A DNA stretch of 64,000 bases, from positions 147,108-211,107 of the forward strand of contig JBAYIR010000001.1 of the NCBI GenBank assembly GCA_041665505.1, read 5' to 3'. This document shows positions 28,000 to 36,875 of this stretch, one piece after another. Position 1 is the stretch's first letter. Each line of letters starts with the position of its first letter. A model generated the notes under the pieces. It did not search any database. It was not told the origin of the DNA and saw only the letters and a list, made by a program, of their open reading frames with translations. This stretch comes from Patescibacteria group bacterium (GTDB lineage: Bacteria; Patescibacteriota; Patescibacteriia; UBA1558; GWA2-36-10). The position numbers were made by a program, and so were the translations under genes.

Positions 28000-28180
28000 A
28001 AATAAGATTAGCACTATTGAGCGGTTTCAGAAAGGTATGAGATTATCCCTCAAGCAGTATTATAAACAAGCTTTTTCTGAACGAGTTAAGAAAGGTTTGA
28101 TGGTAAAAAATAAGAAAAAATTATCCACTTTTGATTAAGTTGCAATGTAAAGCAGAGTAAAGTATAATGAACACAACAAT

Positions 28181-28699
28181 ATGTTGGTAGATAGCATACA
28201 AAAATACATATCATTGTATGATGCTGAAAGATATTTGTTTGAAGTTCTTGGTCCAAAGATAAGGGAGAACGGCTACATAACTTTCAAAGATTTTTATGAT
28301 ATATGTATGTGGAAATCAGCTAGGCAGAAACAAAATTATTTAAAGAATAAAGATGTAGTTGAAGAGATTACAAGAAAAGCATTGAATCAGAGTGATGAGA
28401 TTGATAGAATAAATACTTTACGTCAATTAAAAGGTGTTGAGATAAAAACAGCATCAGCAATTTTAACAATCATTTTTCCAGAGAAATATGCCGTTATGGA
28501 TGAGAGGTGCTTGGATATATTGATAGATTATGGTTTTCGGATTAGCAAATATCCGACTATTAAAACTTGGATACAATACATAGGAATAATGAGAAGTTTG
28601 GCCAAAGAAAATAATGTTAGCCCTAGAGAATTAGATATGGCCTTTTTTGCAATACATAGGGAAAAGTTAGAAAAGGCAAATTTTAAAAACTTATATTAG
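28181..28699 (+). CDS. Hypothetical protein (172 aa)
   Basis: The ORF has typical composition and sits within the element gene block. Confidence 0.45.
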   Translation: MLVDSIQKYISLYDAERYLFEVLGPKIRENGYITFKDFYDICMWKSARQKQNYLKNKDVVEEITRKALNQSDEIDRINTLRQLKGVEIKTASAILTIIFPEKYAVMDERCLDILIDYGFRISKYPTIKTWIQYIGIMRSLAKENNVSPRELDMAFFAIHREKLEKANFKNLY

Positions 28700-28705
28700 T
28701 AAATT

Positions 28706-28888
28706 ATGATAGCAAAAGAAAAAGATTTTTATAAAGCAGAAGACTTGGCCCGAGTATTAGAGGTAAACATTATGACAATTTACCGATATATAAAAGCAGG
28801 TCGACTAAAAGCATACAAAATAGGCCGTGAGTTTCGGATTGATAAAGCTGATTTTCAATCTTTCTTAAAAAAAGTTAGTACAAAATAG
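28706..28888 (+). CDS. Excisionase/MerR-like helix-turn-helix DNA-binding protein
   Basis: MTIYRYIKAGRLKAYKIGREFRI is a motif of the Xis-type HTH_17 family. Confidence 0.55.
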   Translation: MIAKEKDFYKAEDLARVLEVNIMTIYRYIKAGRLKAYKIGREFRIDKADFQSFLKKVSTK

Positions 28889-28890
28889 TT

Positions 28891-30678
28891 ATGACCGAAA
28901 GAGAATTATTACAACAAAAGGAGAACCATATTCTCAAACTTGAAAAAGAAATTGAGAAATGGAAAAAAGCAGTTAAAACTCAAAGATATGGTTTAGTATG
29001 GCTTGATGTGCCCGAAGCGTTTGAAGATGATGTTGAGAACAAATTGCCAATTCTTGAGGAAGTACCTAAAAAAGCTATAAAAAGTATAGACGAAAAACCT
29101 ACACATTTACTCATTGAGGGAGATAACTATCACGCACTTACTTGTTTGAATTACACACACAAAGGAAAGATAGATGTTATTTATATAGACCCACCATACA
29201 ACACGGGTTCGGATGGTTTTAGATATAAAGATAAAAGGATATTAGACCAATATCCCGATGGTACTGAAGTACCAAAAGACCATCCTTTTAGGCATAGCTA
29301 CTGGTTGTCTTTTATGAGTAAAAGATTGGAACTCGCAAAAAGTTTATTAAAAGATACTGGAACTATATTTATTTCAATTAACGAAGACGAATTCGCACAA
29401 CTAAAGTTACTTTGTGACAGAATTTTTGGTCTAGAAAATTATTTGACAATGTTTACTATTAAAGTACGGCACGAGGAGCGTATTCTCAAGGGGGATAAAG
29501 ATTTTCACGAGGTGGTTGAATATCTTTTATTGTACAGAAATTCATCTAACTATAAAACTATAAAAAAAATATATGATAATACTTCTCTAGATGAATATGT
29601 ATATCAGATTATTGAAAAAATAAAAAAACCTAAATCAGTTAAGCTTGGAAATAAAATAGTTGAGTATTTTGAACCATCGCAATATGAAATAAAAAAAGTT
29701 CCAGCAAGTGCAGATAATTTGAAAAAAATAAACATTCGGGGTTCTTTGAAAGAAGGAAATAGTAGTGGCAGATTTTATATGAATTATATCGCTTCTAGGG
29801 GCACTAAGGGAGTGTTGTATAAAGTGCCTAATATGGGAGCGGATAAGTTTGGTTATAGGTATTTTTTGATACCAGCTAAGGAAAATAGATTAAATGGAGA
29901 TTATTTTCAAGGCGTGCCTTTAGATATACAAGATACCAAAGAAGTGCCATATCCTAACTATTTTGACCTTGAAAAAGAGTTTAATAATGTTGGATATGAG
30001 GGAGGTGTTAATTTTGGAGGTGGAAAGAAACCTATAGATTTCCTTAGGCATTTTATTAACATTGGCTCTTTAAATAAAGATGCAATCATATTAGATTTTT
30101 TTGCTGGTTCAGGAAGTACAGGGCACGCAGTTATGCAGATGAATGAAGATGATGAAGGTCATAGGCAGTTCATTTTAGTCACAAATAATAATGAAATTGT
30201 AAAAGATAAAGTTTACCACCCAATGTCTGAAGCGTGTCTACCAAGAATAAAGAATGTGATTAAGGGTTATGATAAAAATCCAAGTTTGGGAAATTCAATC
30301 AAATACTATAAAACTTCTTTTGTTGGTAAACATAACATTCTTGATGCGGATGATAAGGATAAAATACAACTTGCTCATCACGCAGGCGAAATGCTTGCAA
30401 TAGCTGAAAATACCTTAGAGCAAATAAAGAAAAACGACTATTGGCAGATATTTGAAAATACAAACAGAATGACAGCTATATATTTCCGAGAAGAACAAGA
30501 TAGACTTGATGAATTTGTGAAAGAAGTTTTAGCACTCAAAAAACCAGTAACGGTGTATATGTTTAGTTGGGAAGAAAAGGTTGAAATTATCGATTTTGAA
30601 GACATTCACAACATAAGCCTAAAAACTATACCTCAGCCAATTCTTGAAATATATAAGCAGATATATAACATTATTTAG
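28891..30678 (+). CDS. mod: Type III R-M DNA methyltransferase (Mod, N6-adenine/N4-cytosine beta-class)
   Basis: The DPPYNTGSD motif (motif IV) precedes FFAGSGSTGHA (motif I), the circularly permuted order typical of Mod. The gene is followed by a Res helicase gene. Confidence 0.8.
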   Translation: MTERELLQQKENHILKLEKEIEKWKKAVKTQRYGLVWLDVPEAFEDDVENKLPILEEVPKKAIKSIDEKPTHLLIEGDNYHALTCLNYTHKGKIDVIYIDPPYNTGSDGFRYKDKRILDQYPDGTEVPKDHPFRHSYWLSFMSKRLELAKSLLKDTGTIFISINEDEFAQLKLLCDRIFGLENYLTMFTIKVRHEERILKGDKDFHEVVEYLLLYRNSSNYKTIKKIYDNTSLDEYVYQIIEKIKKPKSVKLGNKIVEYFEPSQYEIKKVPASADNLKKINIRGSLKEGNSSGRFYMNYIASRGTKGVLYKVPNMGADKFGYRYFLIPAKENRLNGDYFQGVPLDIQDTKEVPYPNYFDLEKEFNNVGYEGGVNFGGGKKPIDFLRHFINIGSLNKDAIILDFFAGSGSTGHAVMQMNEDDEGHRQFILVTNNNEIVKDKVYHPMSEACLPRIKNVIKGYDKNPSLGNSIKYYKTSFVGKHNILDADDKDKIQLAHHAGEMLAIAENTLEQIKKNDYWQIFENTNRMTAIYFREEQDRLDEFVKEVLALKKPVTVYMFSWEEKVEIIDFEDIHNISLKTIPQPILEIYKQIYNII

Positions 30679-30679
30679 T

Positions 30680-33055
30680 ATGAAAAACTTTAACCCATTA
30701 CAATTTCAAAAAACTGCCGTAGAAAATCTTACAGATATATTTATTTCGGTATGGAAGCAACAAGGCAGGCAATTGCCCATTGTTTTGAAATCACCAACTG
30801 GAAGTGGTAAAACGTTTATAACATCACTTTTTGTTCGTGGCCTTAACCATTTACCACAATGGAAAGAAGATAAGGCATTTATTTGGATTACTTTTAGTGA
30901 TGATTTGGCTATGCAGAGCAAAGGAAAATTTCTTGAGTATTTTGAAAATATGCTTGAAAATAGAACTTTAACTGTTGCAGATATAAATCAAGGCAAACTT
31001 TATCCAAATGATATTTTATTCTTGAACTGGCAAAAAGTAATAGCAAAAAATGCAGAGACAAGATTAATTCGTCGTCCAGAAGATGAGGAATGGGCAAAAG
31101 AAACTGGTAAGTACTTTGAAGATGTGATTGAACAAACTCAAGCAGATGGTAGACAAATCATTTTAATTATTGATGAAGCTCATAAAAATAAAGATACAAA
31201 ACTAGCAAAGGACATTATTGATAAAATTGACCCTAAAGTAATTCTTCACATTACAGCAACACCAAATGAAGCGGACGAGCTAAATTCTCGCCGTCTTGGT
31301 AGTTATTATGAAGTTCCAAGAAAAGAGGTAGTTGAGCAAGGGCTAATCAAAGAAGCGATTGTCACTCAAACAGAAGAAGATTTTCAGGGTATGTCAGGCA
31401 AAGACCTTGATGAAATTCTTCTTGAAAATGGAATAAATAAACGAGAAGAGTTAAAAGCCGAATTTAGTGCACTTGGAAAAAATATAAATCCCTTGATGTT
31501 GATACAGATACCAAATGATGATAGTAAACTAATTGAAAAAGGTGAACAAACAAAGGAAGAAATTGTTATAGATTATCTTATTAAGATGAAAGTGCCTAAA
31601 CATAAAATTGCCAAATGGTCTAAGGGACAAGATAAACCAAAAGGACTAGAAGACAATGATGATGAACACGATTTTCTTATTTTTAAACAAACTGCTGGTA
31701 CTGGTTGGGATTGTCCTCGTGCATCTGTACTTGTGATGTTTAGAGAAATACAATCAAATACTTTTTATACTCAAACGGTTGGACGTATTTTGAGAATGCC
31801 AGAACCTCAAGCTAGGGAAGATTATAAAAATAATCCTAATCTTCGCTTGGGTTATTTATATACAAATTATAAACGTAAGGAAGTGGTTATACCAGACCAA
31901 AATCCTGCAAATAAACCACTAACAGAAACTGCCCATCGGAAAAATGGTATAAATAATATAGAGTTATCTTCAGATTATATCTCTCGTTTGGACTACGGTG
32001 ATATTCGCGTATCATCAAAATTTCAAGAGGTATTTAAAACAGAGCTTAATAAACATTTTGGAATTACAAGTAGTGATATTTTAGGTAAAGCTGAAATAAA
32101 GTTAAAAAAAGCAGGCTTAGACCTGACAGATACTTTAGTAAATGAAGTTATAGCCAATGCTCGTTTTGAGGATTACGACAATCTCGCCTTTGATTTTAAA
32201 AAGAAAGGTAGCGATGTTTCTCTTGAAATGTCGGTAAGTGATATTGAAAAAACTTTTAATTATCTTTGTTACCAAATTTTAAAAGAACAAGAAGATAGTA
32301 AGGCTAAATACTCAAATGTTGCTCGTTCTTGGTCGGTGCTAAAACAAGCACTTCGTGTTTGGTTTAAAACTGTTTTAAAAGATGACCATATTTATTGGTA
32401 TAAGATATTTATTAAAGATGTTCGTAAGGGTGCAGAAAGTAAATTTCGTCCAGCAATAACAAAAGCACTTAGAGCTTATAAACCAATATCAGACAGTTTG
32501 CTTGTTGAAAAGAAAAGGAAAGTGGAAGAAAAAGAGTCATATATTTTTACCATACAGAATGAGTATCAATACCCAGAAGATTATAAGATTGTGCCTCAAA
32601 AATTATGTGTCTTAGATAAATTTTATTTACCCGAAGATTATAATGGGCGTAAAAATGAAATTGCTTTTGTTGAGTATCTAGAAAAGAAGAAAGGGAAGAT
32701 TGATTGGTGGTTCAAAAACGGCAATCAAGGTAAAAAATATCTTGGTATTAAATATACAAACTCATCCACAAAAGAAGAAGACTTGTTTTACCCTGATTGG
32801 ATTATTAGTTTTTCAGATGGTCGTATAGGTATTTTTGATACAAAAAAGGGTAATACATTGTTCGATTTTGGAACACCAGAAAAGGCAGATGCACTACAAA
32901 AAAAACTTAGGGTATTTGGCAAAAAGTTTATAGGTGGCATTGCCTACCAAGAAGGAGTTATTTGGTATTACAATGACAGTCCAAAATACTCTTTTAAGGA
33001 AGGAGAATCAGTAAATGACAATAAGCAATGGAAGCCTTTTGAAGATTTATTTTAA
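30680..33055 (+). CDS. res: Type III restriction enzyme Res subunit (SF2 helicase/nuclease)
   Basis: Walker A (PTGSGKT) and a DEAH box (IIDEAHKN) are present. The protein is large and lies downstream of mod. The start is moved to the ATG at 30680. Confidence 0.75.
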   Translation: MKNFNPLQFQKTAVENLTDIFISVWKQQGRQLPIVLKSPTGSGKTFITSLFVRGLNHLPQWKEDKAFIWITFSDDLAMQSKGKFLEYFENMLENRTLTVADINQGKLYPNDILFLNWQKVIAKNAETRLIRRPEDEEWAKETGKYFEDVIEQTQADGRQIILIIDEAHKNKDTKLAKDIIDKIDPKVILHITATPNEADELNSRRLGSYYEVPRKEVVEQGLIKEAIVTQTEEDFQGMSGKDLDEILLENGINKREELKAEFSALGKNINPLMLIQIPNDDSKLIEKGEQTKEEIVIDYLIKMKVPKHKIAKWSKGQDKPKGLEDNDDEHDFLIFKQTAGTGWDCPRASVLVMFREIQSNTFYTQTVGRILRMPEPQAREDYKNNPNLRLGYLYTNYKRKEVVIPDQNPANKPLTETAHRKNGINNIELSSDYISRLDYGDIRVSSKFQEVFKTELNKHFGITSSDILGKAEIKLKKAGLDLTDTLVNEVIANARFEDYDNLAFDFKKKGSDVSLEMSVSDIEKTFNYLCYQILKEQEDSKAKYSNVARSWSVLKQALRVWFKTVLKDDHIYWYKIFIKDVRKGAESKFRPAITKALRAYKPISDSLLVEKKRKVEEKESYIFTIQNEYQYPEDYKIVPQKLCVLDKFYLPEDYNGRKNEIAFVEYLEKKKGKIDWWFKNGNQGKKYLGIKYTNSSTKEEDLFYPDWIISFSDGRIGIFDTKKGNTLFDFGTPEKADALQKKLRVFGKKFIGGIAYQEGVIWYYNDSPKYSFKEGESVNDNKQWKPFEDLF

Positions 33056-33058
33056 TTT

Positions 33059-34654
33059 ATGAAAGCAATAAATGTCTCAAGAGTATCAACCGAAGAACAA
33101 AAAGAAGCTGGTAATTCTTTGCCTGCTCAGATTGAACGTGTAGACGCTTATTGTAAGAGAAAAGATTTTGAAGTTATTAAATCTTTTAGTTTTGATGAAA
33201 GTGCTTATAAAGATAAGCGAGATGAGTTTGATAAACTACTTGAGTATGTTCAAAAAATAGCCACAAAGGAAAAGGTGGCTGTTTGTTTTGATAAAGTAGA
33301 CAGACTTTCAAGAAGTGTATTTGATAAGAGAGTTGCCGTATTTTATCAAATGGCTTTAGAAGATAAAATAGAGTTGCATTTTGTTTCAGACAATCAAATC
33401 ATAAACGGAAAATTATCGGCAACAGAAAAAAGTGGATTTGGTATGAGCCTTGTAATGGCTAGTTACTATTCAAATGCAATAAGTGATAATGTTAAGAGAG
33501 CATTTGAGCAAAAAAGACGTAATGGAGAATGGACAGGGCAAGTACGCTTAGGGTATTTAAACGTTAGTTTAGACCAAGCAAAAAGATTACGCAAAGACAT
33601 TATCATAGACCCAGACAAAGGGCATCTTATACAGAAAATGTTTGAACTCTATGCTACTGACCAATACTCTTTGAAAACCTTGCAAATTAAAATTAGTGAG
33701 CTTGGTTTGAGAACTCGCTATGGAAATAAACTTTCATTAAGTGGCATAGAAAAAATCATTAAGGACAGTTTTTATTGTGGTATTGCTATGTCAACAAAGT
33801 ATGGTTCTTATGCCCATAAATATCCTCGTTTAATATCAAGAGAACTCTTTGATAAGTGCCAACAGATACGCACCAAACGCAATAAAATGCCCTATAAGGC
33901 ACACTCTAAGGACTTTATGCTAAAAGGCCTGTTAAGATGTAATAATTGTGGTTGTTTAATGAGCCCTCAAAAACAGACTAAGAAAAGTGGACTTGAATTT
34001 ATCTATTATACTTGTACGAATGCCAAAGGTATATGCAAAAAAATATATATACCAGAAAAAGACCTTTTAAAACCAATCTATGATGTTTTAGAAAGATTTG
34101 AGAGTATAAGTGAGGAAGTACAGAATGGTCTTGTTGAGGAATTACGCAAATGTACCGAAATAGAAGTAGTATTTCATAAGGCACAAATAAATCGTATTCG
34201 AACAGATTATGATAATTTAAAAGCGAAGCAAAATAGACTTCTTGATGCATTTTTAGACCAGAGTATTACTAAGGACATCTATGACAAGAAACATCAAGAG
34301 TATCAAGACCAAATACAAACTTTAGAAATTGAAATGTCTGAACATCAGAAAGCAGATTTTGATTACAAAACTACTGTCGCTACAGTCATTTCCGTAGCAC
34401 GCAGAGCAAAAACTATATTTGAAAATAGTTCTGAAGTTGCTGGAAAAAGAACATTTTTGAGTTACATACTTCAGAACCCGATTGTAACAGGTAGAATACT
34501 TACCTTTGACCTCAAAAAACCCTTTGATTTAGTGCTAAGTCTTGCTGATAACCAAAGAAAAAAGACTATCGTTTCTGATAGTCATCTTTCTTGGCTCGGG
34601 GACAGGGATTCGAACCCCGGTTGGCTGGACCAAAACCAGCTGTCCTACCACTAG
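33059..34654 (+). CDS. Large serine recombinase (integrase)
   Basis: The N-terminal resolvase domain carries the catalytic Ser (NVSRVSTEEQ). A recombinase domain, a zinc ribbon (CNNCGC...YYTC) and a coiled coil follow. The last roughly 63 nt overlap the tRNA-Gln on the opposite strand. Confidence 0.85.
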   Translation: MKAINVSRVSTEEQKEAGNSLPAQIERVDAYCKRKDFEVIKSFSFDESAYKDKRDEFDKLLEYVQKIATKEKVAVCFDKVDRLSRSVFDKRVAVFYQMALEDKIELHFVSDNQIINGKLSATEKSGFGMSLVMASYYSNAISDNVKRAFEQKRRNGEWTGQVRLGYLNVSLDQAKRLRKDIIIDPDKGHLIQKMFELYATDQYSLKTLQIKISELGLRTRYGNKLSLSGIEKIIKDSFYCGIAMSTKYGSYAHKYPRLISRELFDKCQQIRTKRNKMPYKAHSKDFMLKGLLRCNNCGCLMSPQKQTKKSGLEFIYYTCTNAKGICKKIYIPEKDLLKPIYDVLERFESISEEVQNGLVEELRKCTEIEVVFHKAQINRIRTDYDNLKAKQNRLLDAFLDQSITKDIYDKKHQEYQDQIQTLEIEMSEHQKADFDYKTTVATVISVARRAKTIFENSSEVAGKRTFLSYILQNPIVTGRILTFDLKKPFDLVLSLADNQRKKTIVSDSHLSWLGDRDSNPGWLDQNQLSYH

Positions 34655-34665
34655 ACGATCCCCGA
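34592..34665 (-). tRNA. tRNA-Gln (anticodon UUG)
   Basis: The minus-strand read is TCGGGGATCGTCTAGTGGTAGGACAGCTGGTTTTGGTCCAGCCAACCGGGGTTCGAATCCCTGTCCCCGAGCCA. It has a 7-bp acceptor stem (U1-A72), an anticodon stem GCTGG/CCAGC with loop TTTTGGT, a T-loop TTCGAAT, discriminator G and an encoded CCA. Confidence 0.8.
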
Positions 34666-34795
34666 ATATTGTATAAAACAAAAAAATTATAGTATATATT
34701 TAATTTTTAGTCAATGGAAAGAGGACCCCGAGACGCTATGTAGCATCATGTATTCGGGGCCCCCTTGTCGGTCAGCTGGTTGTCCTAGCTAGTAG

Positions 34796-35029
34796 CTAGT
34801 CCAGCCAGCTATCGCCGGTCGGATCGCAGCAGTTGTCTTCCATCATGATCTGCCAGATGCAGATCCAACCGAAGCGGTTGAAGCCGAACTCGAGTGCCAG
34901 GTCGCATCCCCAGGGCATGAGCCCACCGGCGTGGGCAGTCCGGGGCACCGTGGCGATACCCAGAGCCGTGATCAGGGTAATGGTCGCGAGGACCCTCCCG
35001 ATCTTCTTTTTCAGGCTTTTCGGAAACAT
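34796..35029 (-). CDS. Small secreted Cys/Trp-rich peptide precursor (77 aa; predicted 43-aa mature peptide)
   Basis: A Sec-type signal peptide (MFPKSLKKKIGRVLATITLITALGIATVPRTAHA|GG) is present. The mature part GGLMPWGCDLALEFGFNRFGWICIWQIMMEDNCCDPTGDSWLD contains 4 Cys. An RBS-like GAGGG lies 5 nt upstream. The gene sits in high-GC cassette 3. Confidence 0.45.
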   Translation of the reverse strand: MFPKSLKKKIGRVLATITLITALGIATVPRTAHAGGLMPWGCDLALEFGFNRFGWICIWQIMMEDNCCDPTGDSWLD

Positions 35030-35110
35030 GGTTTCCCTCTCTGTGGGGTGTGGTGTTGTGGCTGTTTACCACAACAAGTTAGCCGGAGTCTTATCCTCCT
35101 CTCTGGTAAA

Positions 35111-35776
35111 CTATTTGAAGTCTACCTTGACACGGTGATCTTCCACCACCAGTTTGTCTGTGGTGGTTACCCTCAAAACCTCCATGCCGAAGTAGGAGCT
35201 TGGTAGCCTCACCAGAACCACGTTAGGCAGGTCGGGTGAAGCACCTTTGTTGAACTTGTTGTCCATTCTGACTGGACCATCGCGGGTGTCTTTCCAATCA
35301 TCGGACGGACGATGTTTCTTGATGCAGATGATGCCGATATCCGGTACCTGGATTTCGCTGCCATCACCACCTCTGATGGTAAAGATCAATGCTCCAACCT
35401 CGTTGAAGAGTAGGTCAACTTGGTCAGGAATATACACACCAAGCCTGTAGACTATGACCTGCTCGCGTGCCAATGTGGCACTCAATTTGAGACTGGGTAT
35501 CTCATCGACCATGATTTCAAGCTGCTCTTTGATAAACTCTACCCGTTCTTCTCGTTGTAGTCTACGACCTCTTTGCCTTTCTTCTATTTGGATGGCCGTG
35601 CCAAGTTGAGGTTTCAGGTTATCGATGGGCCTGCTCCAGCTTTCATTGTAGCCAGAGAAGATCAGGACACCATCAGGAGTCTGGTTGATAGGAACGAAGT
35701 TGGCCTTGGCTTGTGCAACTGTGCTAGCGAGTAGCATCAGGCCGAGACACGCGAGAAACATGAATGTGTTTCGCAT
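35111..35776 (-). CDS. Hypothetical secreted protein (221 aa, Sec signal)
   Basis: The signal peptide MRNTFMFLACLGLMLLASTVAQA is present. The ORF is GC-rich. Its start overlaps the upstream stop (TAATG), so it is translationally coupled to the lipoprotein gene. Confidence 0.55.
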   Translation of the reverse strand: MRNTFMFLACLGLMLLASTVAQAKANFVPINQTPDGVLIFSGYNESWSRPIDNLKPQLGTAIQIEERQRGRRLQREERVEFIKEQLEIMVDEIPSLKLSATLAREQVIVYRLGVYIPDQVDLLFNEVGALIFTIRGGDGSEIQVPDIGIICIKKHRPSDDWKDTRDGPVRMDNKFNKGASPDLPNVVLVRLPSSYFGMEVLRVTTTDKLVVEDHRVKVDFK

Positions 35777-36057
35777 TAGCGATTACCTCTCTGCGGGTTA
35801 GGGTTCTTCGCATCCAGATTCTTGGTGTTGAAGACCGAGTTCTGGACTCTTGCTTCTGCATCAGCAATAGCTTCGCAACGCCAGGTGCCGTCTTTGTTGA
35901 CACACCGGTAGCTCTTACCATCTACAACGAAGACCTTGGTACTGTCAGGGATGACAGTGGTGTCACGAAACTGTGGGTGGTAGCTGTAACCACAACCAGT
36001 GATTAAGACCAGCATCAGGATGACGCCGATCAATTTGACGACGATTTTTTCAAACAT
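35776..36057 (-). CDS. Hypothetical lipoprotein (93 aa)
   Basis: A lipobox LITGC follows the hydrophobic N-terminus. A strong RBS AAGGAGG lies 6 nt upstream of the ATG. The gene is first in the operon. Confidence 0.55.
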   Translation of the reverse strand: MFEKIVVKLIGVILMLVLITGCGYSYHPQFRDTTVIPDSTKVFVVDGKSYRCVNKDGTWRCEAIADAEARVQNSVFNTKNLDAKNPNPQRGNR

Positions 36058-36139
36058 GCGGCGCCTCCTTAGTGGCGTTTTGCTTGGCGTTTTGCTCTTA
36101 CTGCGATTCGTGTTGTTAGAGAACTGTTATGCTAATTTC

Positions 36140-36190
36140 ATTATACATAAAATAACACTTAATTCAAGTATATTTCTTTATTTTTGTCAA
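36140..36190 (-). promoter_or_regulatory. Promoter region for the lipoprotein operon (minus strand): TTGACA, then TTGAAT-16-TATAAT
   Basis: On the minus strand, TTGACAAAAATAAAGAAATATACTTGAATTAAGTGTTATTTTATGTATAAT is present. A roughly 75-nt leader contains the tandem 11-bp repeat GCAAAACGCCA x2. Confidence 0.45.
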
Positions 36191-36202
36191 TAGATAAGTT
36201 AT

Positions 36203-36285
36203 GAAAATAAAGGTGGGGCTCGTCACACAACTGGGGGGAGTGTTGAAGTGACGAGCCCCGGTCTGCCCTCTAGGGGCAGTTTTTT
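36203..36285. terminator. Bidirectional intrinsic terminator between the two cassette-3 transcription units
   Basis: A 12-bp stem GGGGCTCGTCAC...GTGACGAGCCCC (36215-36259) is followed on the minus strand by ACCTTTATTTTC. On the plus strand, CTGCCC-tctag-GGGCAG is followed by TTTTTT (36263-36285). Confidence 0.6.
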
Positions 36286-36334
36286 GGTAGCTCTATACAG
36301 CTACGCAAGAGAAGACAATAAGACTAGTGTCTGG

Positions 36335-36400
36335 CTACTTCCTGAGCCACCAGAACAGATCCAGGAGCGCCAGCCCCATGAAGATCACTTCGTAATGCAT
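36335..36400 (-). CDS. Putative 21-aa hydrophobic micro-protein (MHYEVIFMGLALLDLFWWLRK)
   Basis: A perfect SD AAGGAGGTG lies 5 nt upstream of the ATG. One predicted TM helix. It sits between the receiver-like gene and the terminator. It is not in the ORF track because it is under 60 aa. Confidence 0.3.
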   Translation of the reverse strand: MHYEVIFMGLALLDLFWWLRK

Positions 36401-36449
36401 TATGCCACCTCCTTTCATACAATGGGAGTCTCACCCCCCAGTTGTATGA

Positions 36450-36854
36450 TCAGTGGTTGGCCATGCTCAACTGGTGAACGTAGTCAACCAGACGACCGAC
36501 ATTGAGCGGTTTGGGCATACAGAAGACCCCATACTCGCTCATCAGCCGTTCGATCTTGGTGTTGGGGTAGCGGTGGCTCATAGCCAGGGTGGTGATGTGC
36601 ACGCCAGCAGAGGTGAGAATCTCCATGAACCTCTCACTGTCGACATCCAGACACTCGATGATGATCACGTCAGGCAGAGGATCCCAGTTCAGCATCTTGC
36701 GGATCACCTTCGTGGTGTCGAGTTGAGCTCTGTAGATCTGGCCGTCAACCTGCTCGATGTTGGTCAGGACTTCATGTCCTTCGGACTCCAGGCCAAAGGC
36801 CATGGTCATGGCCGTATCCGGGTCGCTGTCGAAGATGAAAACGCGCTTCTTCAT
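36450..36854 (-). CDS. Stand-alone CheY-like receiver (REC) domain protein, atypical
   Basis: The N-terminal acidic pair is VFIFDSDPD. A KP motif (FCMPKPL) and a Thr (HITTLA) occupy the expected positions. The phospho-acceptor position appears to be Glu in DVIIIE (alignment by eye). An RBS AGGAG is present. The plus-strand ORF 36453-36872 is judged an antisense artefact. Confidence 0.4.
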   Translation of the reverse strand: MKKRVFIFDSDPDTAMTMAFGLESEGHEVLTNIEQVDGQIYRAQLDTTKVIRKMLNWDPLPDVIIIECLDVDSERFMEILTSAGVHITTLAMSHRYPNTKIERLMSEYGVFCMPKPLNVGRLVDYVHQLSMANH

Positions 36855-36875
36855 GGTTTTGCTCCTAGCTGAAGT

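Noticed and set aside
34766-34785. The sequence TCAGCTGGTTGTCC next to the tRNA resembles, on the opposite strand, the tRNA-Gln anticodon-arm sequence ACAGCTGGTTTTGGTCC, so it was considered as a possible att-site remnant
   Set aside because: The match is short and in inverted orientation (it is not a direct repeat). It is centred on the palindromic CAGCTG, so a chance explanation is adequate.
34809-35206. Overlapping ORFs 34809-35072(-), 34833-35138(+) and 34931-35206(+), and plus-strand ORFs 35247-35450, 35764-36006, 36453-36872, 36757-36966 and 36248-36505 in cassette 3
   Set aside because: These are GC-driven open frames without start signals. The chosen minus-strand set has signal peptides, lipobox, RBSs and translational coupling, while the alternatives translate to Arg/Gly/His/Val-rich junk.
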